Shown one piece after another: positions 51,279 to 64,000 of a stretch of 64,000 nucleotides of DNA. The DNA lies in contig CM119266.1 of assembly GCA_051294375.1 (NCBI GenBank), positions 22,263,875 through 22,327,874 on the forward strand. The letters run 5' to 3'. The translations under genes and the position numbers were made by a program. The notes under the pieces were generated by a model, which saw only the letters and a list, made by a program, of their open reading frames with translations, was not told the origin of the DNA and searched no databases. Source of the DNA: Paraspadella gotoi (Eukaryota; Animalia; Chaetognatha). Position 1 is the stretch's first letter; every line of letters starts with the position of its first letter.

Positions 51279-51326
51279 GAGGGAAATATAAATGGAGAAC
51301 AATATGAGAAGAAAGAAGATAGAGAC

Positions 51327-51358
<32 letters not shown>

Positions 51359-52349
51359 GAGAGGAGAGAGAGAGAGAGAGAGGAGATAGAAGGATGCATG
51401 GACGGGATGCAGTGAGTTGAAATATTACATGTGAAAGGCGGAGTCAGGAGGAGGAGATCGGAGATCCAAGTTTTGTGGGTGACAGGATTGGGGGGGACGG
51501 TAGAGGGATTCGGGTTTGGTTTGGAAAGGGGTTAGCTGGATCGAAAGACTTGAGCTTCAATCTTCGAGAGATAGGGATTAAACAAAGAAGTTTTTCTACA
51601 AAAACCTGATGAAAGTTTTTATTTTTTTTAATTCATATTTCTTTTTTTTTCTTTTTTTTCGGTTTGATCCTTTTTTTTTCTTCTCTATCTCGTTCAACTG
51701 CTAAAAACGAGTTATTACGGCGGAGAATTCCTTACGTCAGGTCCTCGAATCAAATCTATTTGCATATTGTCTACTTCGAAATCGACGATGAAATCGAAGG
51801 ACGAGACATAATTTTAAGAAGTTTTAAAATTTAAAACCGTCTGTTTTTTTGAAAATTTAAAAAATTTATGTTAATAAAGTTTTGTCATTAAAAAATTACA
51901 CTAAAACAGTTTGAGCTGGGTATAAAGGAAAATCAATCGAGCAAAATATATGCAACTGATAGAATTCAGACGGTTGATTTTACTCAATTCTAAATTTCGA
52001 GCTTTTTTCTTCTTTTACATCTTTTTCTTTTTTTAAATGTTTGTTTCTTCAATGGATATTGTAAAAGATATTAAAAAAAAAATCTCTTTTTTTCCCCCAA
52101 CAAATTTCGACTTTCGCTCACTTCGACAATTCGCGAAAGCTTCTCCGATCGTTCATCTCTTCTCCTCTTCTGCTAACCATCCCTCTCTGTTCCTCTCACT
52201 CTCCTCTCTCTCCTCTTTCTCACCCACTCCCTCTCTTTATTTCCCTCTCTCTCTCCCTCTCCCTCTCCGAGGCGGACAAATCCCGGGTTTTCCTCTTGTT
52301 TACGGGTTCGCGTCGGCCGATCGGTCTGCCCCCTGGAAGAAAAAAACAC

Positions 52350-52410
52350 GATTCGGAGAGGATTCGAACCTGTGACCCCCGAGTTGCCGACCTCGCCAGG
52401 CCTCGACCTT
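52350..52410 (-). other. tRNA-like B-box fragment (GGTCACAGGTTCGAATCC); similar fragment at ~30470-30530 and its inverted copy
   Basis: GGTTCGAATCC B-box without a full cloverleaf; SINE-head remnant or chance. Confidence 0.25.
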
Positions 52411-52737
52411 GCCGCTCTCTCTTTCTCTCTCTCTCTTTCTCTCTCTCTCCTCTCTTCTTGGTCCAAAGCACAGAGTTGTTTGAGCAATGAAACAGAATCT
52501 CATGTTTTTAAAGACTCAACCTGCAGATTTCTTCAAACGCATTAAAAGATTTAGTTTAAATATATACAAAAAAGACCAACAGGGAGAATTTTTACAATTC
52601 AGAAAACCTCTATCGTGTACTATGTTTAATTAGATGATCTAATTGACGTGACGTGTCAACATTGCGAAGTTTCGATAATGATCGATTTTTGTGTTTGTGC
52701 TGTGGATTATTGGATTAATAGTTAGAGAGAGAGAGAG

Positions 52738-52800
<63 letters not shown>

Positions 52801-53245
52801 AGAGAAGAGAGATGAGAGGAGAGGAGAGAAGAAAGCAAAGAAAAGAGACGCGAGAATACCCATTGTAAAATTATTGAACATGGATTGTCAAAGAAATCGT
52901 AAGAACGAAGAAAATCTAAGACGCAAAAAAAAGTTGGCGTCATGACCCAAAAAAAAAAAAAAAAAAAAAAACAACACAAAAAACAAACATTTTTTTTCGT
53001 CTTTCTTCAAACTTCTTTTTTCTTTTCCTTTTTCTTTTTTTTTTTAGATCGCGGGCGATATGAGGCGAGAAAAGAAAAAGAAAAAAAGAAGAAACTAAAT
53101 AGCGACGACATGATTTATATTCACATTCGAGGACATCCGGGGGATTTCGAGCAACATCCTTGGGCGGCGTTGGTGCGGGGGGGATTTTGGCGTGGGCGGT
53201 CAGAGGACGACGAGGACGTTAGCGGCGGGGGGGGGGGAGGGGGAA

Positions 53246-53681
53246 GGATGGGAGAGAGGGTAGAGTAAGGGGCGGAGTCAATAGAGCTTGAGTGAAAGGG
53301 GATGGGAAAGGAGATGGGGAAAGAGATGGAAGAAGATATGGGGGAGGAGATGGGAGAGGAGATGGTAGAAAAGATGGGAGAGGAGAATGGGAGAGGAAAT
53401 GGGAGAGGAGATGAGATAGGAGATGGGAGAGGAGATGGGAGGAGAGATGAGAATAGAAGATGGGAGAGGAGATGAAGAAAGAGATGGGATAGGAGATAGG
53501 AGAGAAGTGGGAGAGAGGAGATGGGAGACGAGATGGTAAAGGAGATGGGAGAGAAGATGGAGAGGAGATGGGATAAGAGATTGAGAGGATGAGGGGGCAG
53601 AGGAAAAAGGGGCGAAGGAATCTTGTCACAGAACAGAATGACCATCCGTCGTCTTCTGCGTTGAAAAAGAGAGAAGAGAGA

Positions 53682-53742
<61 letters not shown>

Positions 53743-54150
53743 GAGAAGAGAAAAAAAAGAGAAAGAGAAGAGAAGAGCAGAGGAAGAGAGAGAGAGAGAG
53801 AGAGAGAGAACAGATGACCATCCATTTTCTTGAGACAGGCGCCACTGGAGGAAACTGAGTAAATCAAGTTCTGAATGGACAAAAGAACTATTTCTTTTAT
53901 ATTCGAATTTATGAAAGAGAGAAAAAAGAAGAAAAAAAATCAAAGATTAGTTGTAAAAAATTTTATAAATAAGAAAAAAGTAAAAATAAATTACGAAATG
54001 GTAAAAATGTTCTATTTTTTGTTTTATTATAAAAAAAAAGGATACTTTACATAAAAATAAAAAGAAGAATAAAATATAAACACTATTGTCTAATAAAACC
54101 CTTACTTTCTTATGCTTATTTTTTCTAATCCCTCCCATGACGACTTCACC

Positions 54151-54233
<83 letters not shown>

Positions 54234-55161
54234 CCCCGCTTTTCTCTAATTCCACATGAATATCGTATGAGGCGAGATCGCGCCAACGTCAACGCCCACA
54301 GCCACTCGAGGGGGGGGGAGTGGTTAGAGAAAGAAAGGAGGGAGGGAGGATTTCGATGAGGAGTGGAAAGAGAAGAATATATGAAATTAGTACAATCAAG
54401 ATAAAAATTATCCACTCATTTAATAAATAAACTATCTCGCCCCTGACTTTGGACAGGCTTTTGTGCTTTAAGGCATTCATCTTACGAGATAACGATATTG
54501 CAGGTCCCTGCAAATGAGGGAGATCGGAACGAAAAAAAAACAATTGGGCGGTGGAGAGAAGAATTGCGAGAGTAAATGAAGTACTCGCGTCGTTCGATAA
54601 TAAAACGAATACGATTAGCGGTATTAAATTACAAGTTTACGTTGTTAATTTTCGATATGATATGAAGTGTAAACTGATAATGAAAAAAATAGACAAAGGA
54701 AACATCGCGATGAACAGGATTTCGTCGCAGACGAGGGAAAGCGATAATTGAACCGTGGATGGGGAGAGGAGAGTAAGGGCGGAGTCAATAGAGCTTGAGT
54801 GAAAGGGGATGGGAAAGGAGATGGGAGAGAGATGGAAGAAGATATGGGAGGAGATGGGAGAGAGATGGTAGAAAAGATGGGAGAGGAGATGGAGAGGGAA
54901 ATGGGAAAGGAGATGAGATAGGAGATGGGAGAGGAGATGGGAGAGAGATGAGATAGAAGATGGGAGAGGAGATGAAAGAAGAGATGGGATAGGAGATAGG
55001 AGAGAAGGTGGAGAGAGGAGATGGGAGACGAGATGGTAAAGGAGATGGGAGAGAAGATGGAGAGGAGATGGGATAAGAGATTGGAGAGGTGAGGGGGCAG
55101 AGGAAAAGGGGCGAAGGAATCTTGTCACAGAACAGATGACCATCCGTCGTCTTCTGCGTTG

Positions 55162-55245
<84 letters not shown>

Positions 55246-55248
55246 AAA

Positions 55249-55297
<49 letters not shown>

Positions 55298-56223
55298 AGA
55301 TGACCAAATCCATTTTCTTGAGACAGGCGCCACTGGAGGAAACTGAAGTAAATCAAGTTCTGAATGGACAAAAGAACTATTTCTTTTATATTCGAATTTA
55401 TGAAAGAGAGAAAAAAGAAGAAAAAAAACCATTAGTTGTAAAAAATTTTATAAATAAGAAAAAAGTAAAAAATAATTACGAAATGGTAAAAATGTTCTAT
55501 TTTTTGTTTATTATAAAAAAAAAAGGATACTTTACATAAAAATAAAAAGAAGAATAAAATATAAACACTATTGTCTATAAAACCCTTACTCTTATGCTTA
55601 TTTTTTCTAATCCCTCCCATTTGACCACTCACCCTCTCTCTCTCGCTCTCTCTCTCGCTCCTCTCTCTCTCTCTCTTCTCTTCTCTCTCTCCTCTCTCCT
55701 CTCCTTCGGCCCCGCTTTTCTCTAATCCACATGAATATCGTATGAGGCGAGATCGCGCCAACGTCAACGCCCACAGCCACTCGAGGGGGGGGGAGTGGTT
55801 AGAGAAAGAAAGGAGGGAGGGAGGATTTCGATGAGGAGTGGAAAGAGAAGAATAATAGATTAGTACAATCAAGATAAAAATTATCCACTCCATTAATAAA
55901 TAAACTATCTCGCCCTGACTTGGGACAGGCTTTGTGCTTTAAAGGCATTCATCTTACGAGATAACGATATTGCAGGTCCCTGCAAATGAGGGAGATCGGA
56001 ACGAAAAAAAACAATTGGGCGGTGGAGAGAAGAATTGCGGAGAGTAAAATGAAGTACTCGCGTCGTTCGATTAATAACGAATACGATAGCGGTATTAAAT
56101 TACAGTTTACGTTGTTAATTTTCGATATGATATGAAGTGTAAACTGATAATAAAAAAAATAGACAAAGGAAACATCGCGATGAACAGGATTTCGTCGCAG
56201 ACGAGGGAAAGCGATAATTGAAC
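53246..56223. repeat. ~1.5-kb tandem duplication (53246-54753 / 54757-56223) containing a GATGGGAGAGGA-type purine minisatellite; ends near a 25-N gap
   Basis: The copies differ mainly by small indels. Gap at 56284-56308. Probably an artefact. Confidence 0.8.
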
Positions 56224-59200
56224 GGGGGGGGGAGAGGGGACGGAGGGGTGTAGGAAGAGTGGAGACAGTGTGGAAATTAAATANNNNNNNNNNNNNNNNN
56301 NNNNNNNNCAAACCGGTGTGAATAACGGAATGCAACAACCTTACCTGCGGCGGCGAGACGAAAACGGCAATTTTAAATTCATAGCGTGATACAGGGAAAA
56401 ATGGGTGAGGAATATAATCTTGCTATTAATTATTATAATTAATTTTTTGTTGTTAATATTGAGACTCACCATCGTCTTCTTCATTCTTCGACTCTGGGTC
56501 AACTTCCGCACGTGAAGCAAAATTAGCGTCGGTCGGAGTCGAAAAAAAATCGTACGAGATTTTTAACAAAACGCTTTACATTTTGCAATCGGGCATGGAA
56601 ATGGAATGGAATTAGAAAATTTTAGAGTTTTCTTTTTTTAATTGTTCGAGATTTATAGAACTCTCCCTATCAACACTTACAATTTAAAAAAATGATTCAT
56701 TGAAATGCATTAGTTTAGATTTCGATAAAAAATAATTTAAATATGAAATTGGCTCAACCAATATAAGATAAAGTAAATTGCATGAATAGTATTCAGAGGC
56801 AAAAACTCTCTATAATAATTTATAAGCTTGTATTGCTTATTGGTTCCCATCGATCGAGCTCACTTATTGTCACATTCTCCTAATAAATGATTTTCCTCCT
56901 CCTCTCCTCCTCCTCCTCCTCCCTCCTCCTCCCTTAACATCCTGATGATTTTTATGTCGCAATACAAAGTTGAAGGTGTCCGCGCCTGCTGGCATCGATT
57001 CAGTTAAGTCCCAGGATAAGTTAATTCCTTTCCCTAGTGTAAAGCAACTATCACCATTTCCCGGGATTCGAAAAAAGAGCTTCAATAGAGTTAACTAAAT
57101 TCCTTAGGGCATATATGCCAATGCCCATGGGTTCGCTCCAACTCGTCTCCTTAACCTTGATCATCCTCACTCTACCAAAGCCTCCGTTCCACTGTCACGG
57201 CCACAAACCCACTTCTTTGTCAGAACCCTTGACCACAAAAGAATCAAACGCATTCTCATCCTTGAGATTTTTTTTTTTATGGAAAATTCCATGTGATTTT
57301 CTTTTCTTTCTTTTATTTTTATTTTCTCCTCTTTTATTTTCCATCGTCAGCAGGGAATGAAAATTCTAAAGCGGGCCGACGATTGTCGTCTCCCACGCCC
57401 GGACCAATCGATTGGAGTGGCGCGCCACGCCCTGCCTCAAGCCTGCTCTGCCCACGCGGGAGGCGACGGGACAGGACATCGCCCTAGGCAAAAAACAAAA
57501 CCAAACAAAACAAACAAAATAACCAAGAAAACAAGAAAAAGAAAAATCAAAATAAAAGCAAGATAAGACAATCAAGATAACTTAACAAAAATAAATTGTA
57601 AAAAACAACAAAAAAAAAAACAAAGAAAAAAAAAATATAAACAAAACCAATCGGGCGAATCTAAAAGCCCCCACGTCTCGTTGTAAAGTTCCCCTTTCCG
57701 TTTTCTATCCTTTCCCTTCCCTCATTTCATTCCGCCCCCATCGGACCCCTCCTTCCTTATCATATTCACCCTCACCCACCTCCTACCCCCCAGACCACCC
57801 TGCCCCCCCCTAACGGCCGCTAGATCTCGGACCGCTTCACCGATTCGCATTTAAAAACGATTTCGCCATGACTTCCTACGAACCAATTTTTTTTTGGCTC
57901 ATGTTTTATTCGTTGTGTATTTGTCTGCTCTTATTTTTCCTATTCTCTTTTTTTTTTTTTTTGCTTTAATTCTACCATATTTGGCGTTTGGGTGTTTTTC
58001 GTGGCAAACAACCAACGTGACCAGCGAGAGGAATTCGACGACGACGTGGCAACGATCGAGGCACCTTGGACGACGTCGACGACGACGACGACGAAGACAG
58101 TCGACGACTTTATCTGCCCCAAAACAGATTTTTCATCCATTTTTTTTTTTACCAGATTAATCTTTTTGATTATTCCATTTCAATCCGTCTTTTTATTTTT
58201 CGCTTCAACCTTTCACCTTTTTTCTTCCATTCTCACATAACCACCTTTCACGACGCCATTCCATTATTTCCATTTTCTTATCCACCTCTCACCACTCTCC
58301 TTACCCAATATCTCACCCGACTCTATAGCGCCTTCCGACCCGCCCTCCGCCTTCCGCCCTTTCGACTCCTTACGTCTTCAACGTAAACAAAAAGGTAAAC
58401 AATCTCGAGCCACGATATTATTTTTTTTTCCTCGCGGTTTTTTTATATTTTTTTTTTGCATAATCGGTGATCGTAAAAAAAACCAAACTCCTCCTCCTCT
58501 CTTCCTCCTCCTCCTCCGCCATATAGAGCTAAACCCTGTTTGAGAGTATGATTCGACTACCTCCAACTGGTCGATGATATCATGACTGTGAATTCACCCT
58601 CCTCATTTGGTATTAAATACACTCCTCTACTTTTGAAAGGCTCTCCTCCTCCTCCTACTCCCTCCTCTCTCTTTATTGAATTCATCAGCGGATTTCAAAA
58701 ATAAATTCATTTACTGCAAGATAAAAGCGAAGATGATTTCTTAGGTGAATCCATAGATTGTATTCATTGTGAGAGAAAAGAAAAGATTTGATCTCGTAAT
58801 GAGTGAAACATGTCCCAAAGCTCTCGCTACCCAACGTGAAAGTCTAGTTGAGCAATATTAAATTCTCTTTCACAATGAATTCATTTTCTCAAAATAACAT
58901 ATTCGAAATCATGATGTTCATAAGAATTTCATAAAACATCGAATGAATTCATTGCAGAGGTTAAAGTTGTGGCAAATTATTGCATGTAGGATGTATCTCT
59001 CGATGAATCCAAACATGTATTCATGATAGGGCTAAAATATTTCTTCTGCTTTGAGTATAAAATACTTATTACTTGTTACAAGTATGGTTAGATTTGAAAA
59101 GGATAGTTTATCCGTCTCAATGAATTCAAACTTCAAAACTAATGTAAGAAATCATGATTCCCTTAGTCTCTAGGCTTTAGTGTCAACTGAAATAATAAAT

Positions 59201-61325
59201 AAAATAAATAAATAAATAAATAAATTATTATATTATTTGTTTATCATTTAAGTTAGTTTAAAATTGTAAACATTTTTTATTGAGGGTTGAAAAAGGGGTA
59301 TTTTTTTCTCTTTTTGGACGAATTCAAAATGCCATATCTTGCCTTGGATTATCTAATTTACAAAAAATTTATATATTTAGAATCCTTGTCTTAACCCTTG
59401 TCTAACCTCTTTTATATAATAAAAAAATTGAAATTTGATCAAAGTATTAATAAATACCTTTGTTTAAAAAGTTAATATCTTAAAAAATAATTATCAATTT
59501 GAAATAAAGTTTAAAAAATTTTCCAAAAATAAGCTATACAATTGTAATTGTTATGGCACTTAAAACAAATAAAAAAAATACTTACCTAGTAAGGAGATAT
59601 TTAGTAAAGTAGAAAAATCTAATCCCAATAATTCAATATTCAGTGAATAGGGAAATGTTTCTTTGAGCTTTGATGTGGAATTCATGAGTAGAAATTTCAT
59701 GAGAATGAATTCATTTCATTTCAGTTTAATGTGCCATTTTTTAAAGTTTTTATTATTAAGTAGTCATTATTCTCTTTTGAAATACTTAGTGTGTGATTCA
59801 TGAGTAGAAATTCATAAGAAAAAAATTCATATGAACAGTTTTTTTATTCCTCCTCCTCTCCTCCTCCTCCTCCTCCTCCTCCGCGTACGAGCTTTGTTTT
59901 TGCCGCTTCGAGGAGTTATCAAAATTGGATGGCACCCGATGGAATCGTAGAACCGCGCCTCGAGAACCGCTCGGTCGGCGCTCTGGTCGGCGTCGGCGTC
60001 GCGGCGTCACCCTCTCCGCCTTTTTCGACTCTTAAATCTGAAGGAGAGTCGCGACCGCCTGAACCGATGGGGCTTCTCCTGGTTAACTATTGCAATGGAA
60101 AGCAATTGGAGAGACGACTTTTTATCTTACTGATTACATGTTTTAATAATTTGATATATGTATGTAATATTTATAGTTTAGACTACTGAAATGTCTTCCT
60201 ATTTTTTTTGTTTTATCTTCTGTATAAGAGGATATTGTAAAAACGTCTGAAGAGGTTACTGTGATAAAGGTGACGTAGCCAAACATTATAAAAAAAATAC
60301 CCCCAAAGCCAACCTTCCCACTAATACATCTGTCACCTGGCGTCTCCACATTAAGGATATATACCGACTTAAGAATTGCGGCCCAGAAAATCCTTATGGG
60401 CGCAATTCCTGCGACCACCATTCATGTCAGCATAACAAATCTGCTCCTATTAATAAAATTTTTATATTTCACAATTCCAAAACCCTGGGTCCGTCAAATC
60501 TGACAACGAAACAATCTGCATAACTAAAGTTTGCTAAAAAAGATAAAAAACCAACAAACCAATAATATTTTCTAGAGAAAAGAAATAAATTATAGAATTT
60601 ATAATAGAGAATATCAAAGCCTAAAAAAGAGGAAAAAGATGACCGAGAAAGAGGAAGAAAACGAAGCAGAGAAGAAAAAAGGATAAGTGAGGAAGAAAGA
60701 AAAGAAAAGAAAAAAGATATTAATTAAAGAAAAAGGAAAAAGAAAAGAAAAAGGAAAAGAAAAGAAAAAGAAAAGGAAACGAGAAGAGAAGAAGAACAAA
60801 AGAAAGAAGAAAAGAAAAGAAAGAAAAGAAAAGAAAAAGTAAAAGAAAAGAAAAGAAAGAAAAGAAAGAAAAAAAAAGAAAACAGAAAAGAAACGAGAAG
60901 AGAAGAAAGTCCGGAAAAACGAAGCAGAAAGCGAAATCTTTGAGACTTCTTAGAGGAATTGTAAAACAGGGGAGAGCCAAAGCGTGAAGTGTCACGTGAG
61001 ATCGTGTCACGTGACATCGACTCCTACCGCGGACAATGAGCTCGCTTCACAGTGACCAAATCGTAGGGACTACGTCACGGAGCGTTTTCCCCGTTTGATT
61101 GCACGGGGACGTCTGGAACGTAAATGCGTCTTCGTTGAAAAGACTAGAGAAGAGAAGGAGAGAGAGAAAACTGCGAGAGAAAGAGAGAGAGACGAGAGAG
61201 AAAACTGGAGAGAAAGAAAGACGAGATAAAAAAAGACGTTTTTGACAATTCAAATTGACGATAAACGCATAAATGACTTACATACAAGAGTAAACAATGT
61301 GTTGATTTCTCTCTCTCTCTCTTCT

Positions 61326-61370
<45 letters not shown>

Positions 61371-63279
61371 CTCCTCTCTCTCTCTCTCTCTCTCCACAGG
61401 CGACAACATTCGACGCCTCCTGCGAGGATCCGCGACCAAAGAGTCAAGGTGAGAAGAGGGGAGCGTGATGATCGATGAAATGATGATAATGATGATGTTG
61501 AAACGAAAAAAAAAAAAGCAAAGATTTTATCCCTCGATCTCATTAATTTACCGGCATGGCCGCGATCTAGGGTGACGCCGGAACGTACGTTTGCGACGCC
61601 GCCACCGGTTCGAGGAACGTCTCGATTATTTAAGAGTCGAATCTCTTACAGCTCTCGACGACAATAACGCCGCCCGACGTTGCCGCCGCCCGCCGCCGCC
61701 CACCGTCGACGAAGACGACCATCGCCTCGGCGAGGATGAGATATATCTTCAAGGAGGACGAAGGACTGGAAAAAGTGCCCCCCGCGGTTTGCCGACCTTT
61801 GCCCGAAGACTCGTTTGCATTTTAAGCGAGCGCCTAAAAAAATGAGAGAGGGGGTTGGGGGGGGGATGATTTCGGATAGGGGATGTATGAAAAAGGAAGC
61901 AGGAAAAAGAATACAGAATAAAGGTAAAAATAAAAGAAAGAAAGACTAAGAGAGAGATAAAATGAGATAAATTCTAAGGAGGAAAATTGTGACTGAAAGA
62001 GGAAATAAAAAAGAAACGAGGAGAAAACCTCTACATAGAAAGCAGTTATAAAAACACCAAAGGTTTTGAAGAAGAAAATAATGTGAAAAAAACAATTGAC
62101 AACGGGGCAAGGAAATATTTTATTTATTTTAAAATATATTTAAATACTATTCTACATTTTTATTTCTCATCCACCTTTTTATTTTCTTAAATTTTACAAT
62201 TTTATTTTAAATTTATTTTCAGATTACTATTTTATATTTACAATCTTACTCGTTTGCGCACAGTTTTTTCTTACAAGATCCCTCGCTAATGTCATTCACT
62301 TCCAATTTTCCCCCCGACTCAATTCAAAGTACACGTCATGTCCTCCTCTATCTTAGCTTATTTAATCATCTCACAGATTTCAAATCCTCTTCAGCTCTCA
62401 TAATTCAAGTCTGGGTGACTAACCGCCAGAGTTAAAATTCTCCCATTCATCGGCCACTTCATTTAACGGAGAAACTCGGCCTTGAAAAAAACATTCTTTT
62501 CTTCTCTCTTCATTTTTCATCTCCTATTATCCTTATTTCTTTTTCTAACAGCCTCCCTCTTTTTCGCCTCTTTCAATCTCTCTTTCTCTTTATGTTTGCT
62601 CCTTTCCTCACCTTTTTCCATCCTTTCCTCCTTTTAGTTTGCGCCGCGAGTACTCCCGGAGAACTCTATATAAAGTACACATGTCCATATCATGTGATCA
62701 AAGGCAAATGCACGTGAAAAATAAAGATCACTGCGGCGCAACATTCTCCTACAACTGTATTCCTTCTTTCTTCCTCGTTTTCTGTCAGTTTCTGTTCTTT
62801 TCTATCTTTTCTCTTTCTCTACCTCTGCTTGATCCGACTGAGTTCCTTCTCTCTCATCCATAACTAATGCTCCTTCTAAATCTTGTTTTTTTGCTCGTTT
62901 TTCGTTTCTCTCAATCTTTATTTCCAGTTTCGACTCATATTTATCCCGTTACTACTATATTAATCAATTAACGACTATCTTTTTCTATTATCTTCCCTCC
63001 TAGTTATTGCAATGATCCTATTCCTTGACTACTTCCTACTTCCCTCGTCAACCACCCCTTCTATTTTCCTCCCTTCCTTCCTCCCAACTTTTCCTTTTCC
63101 CTTCCTCTTCTCATTCTTCCCAAGGTTCGTTCAGGCGCGCACGAACATAAATTAATCATGTCAATTCAAGAATCTTCCAAAAAAGAAAAAAAAAGAAAAA
63201 TCATTTTCTTTGTTTTCTCTTCGCTTCTTGCGCTCAACCAAACTCCTTCATCCTCCAACCAAATAAGCTTAAACTCTCT

Positions 63280-63339
<60 letters not shown>

Positions 63340-64000
63340 TCTCGCTCTCTCCTTCTCCTCTCTTCTCACTTCTCCTTTCTCCTTCCCCTCAAGGGGCGGC
63401 TTGTTTCCCCCATCACAACCCCGTCTTACCGGGGGCGGACTCAAAGTGGCATTGAAAGGAGACGACTCCCCATTACCACGTCAGACGACGACGACGACGA
63501 CGACTACAAGAAACAACAACCAACGACGAATACAGGCGACGACGACGCGAGGCCCCCGTGCGCCCTCTGACGCGCGACGAGGGGAAATCAAAGGAGCGGA
63601 AGAGAAAAAACTGAAATCGCCGGAAGTCGGTGACGTTGATAAGCGATCGAGATGACGACGACGACGACGAACGACACGACACGACGACGACAGATGACAA
63701 GAAATAAAAATTTTAAACCAGTGGCTGACAATGTTTAGAAACAATGACGACATATCTACCGATGATGGTTAGCATAGACCCATGCTAAATATCAATGGTC
63801 AATTTCGAAAAGAGAATAACTGACTAGGGAACTATATCAATACAACGAAACGCCTGACCAATGACATGCCTACAAAAAACTCACCGACTTTAAAAAACAT
63901 CTCGCGGTTAAGTAAAAAAAAAATTTAGGAACATTAAAAAAAAAGGTTCAAAAAAGTTTTGAGCGATTTGAAAAAGTAAAGGATAATATATCTTATTCGT

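Noticed and set aside
53246-56223. 1.5-kb tandem duplication as a real enhancer duplication
   Set aside because: Indel-type differences and an adjacent 25-N gap point to gap-fill redundancy.
56930-57270. Complex-looking sequence with short ORFs (56870-57085, 57115-57360); similar at 60143-60421 and 47246-47914
   Set aside because: Stops in plausible frames, no recognisable motifs and no consistent splice partners; possibly decayed TE fragments.
43173-64000. Second homeobox or miR-10-like hairpin
   Set aside because: No WFQNRR-type ORF in the track and no miR-10 mature sequence recognised; gaps and very small exons limit certainty.

Overview
Eukaryotic (metazoan, probably invertebrate bilaterian) genomic DNA with AT-rich introns, GC/CpG-rich exons, many (AG)n microsatellites and five N-gaps. 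The first 27 kb is gene-dense. It holds the 5' part of a multi-exon KSR gene (- strand, kinase domain lies beyond the left edge), a TLC-domain (TLCD1/2-like) gene whose last intron carries a decayed Penelope-like retroelement with a structured, hammerhead-like 3' RNA region, and a spinster (SPNS) MFS transporter. Intron 5 of spinster contains a complete, coding-intronless, divergent TRPM-like channel on the opposite strand. Next comes a 15-exon unrecognised type II membrane protein (TM-Sushi-EGF-lectin-like). The rest is a two-exon Hox1/labial gene (about 649 aa, 13.5-kb intron) and about 21 kb of repeat-rich upstream DNA with no second homeobox visible. Three kb-scale duplications next to 25-N gaps are probably gap-filling artefacts. 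All exon structures were read by eye from splice signals and family motifs; none is verified by transcript data or database search.
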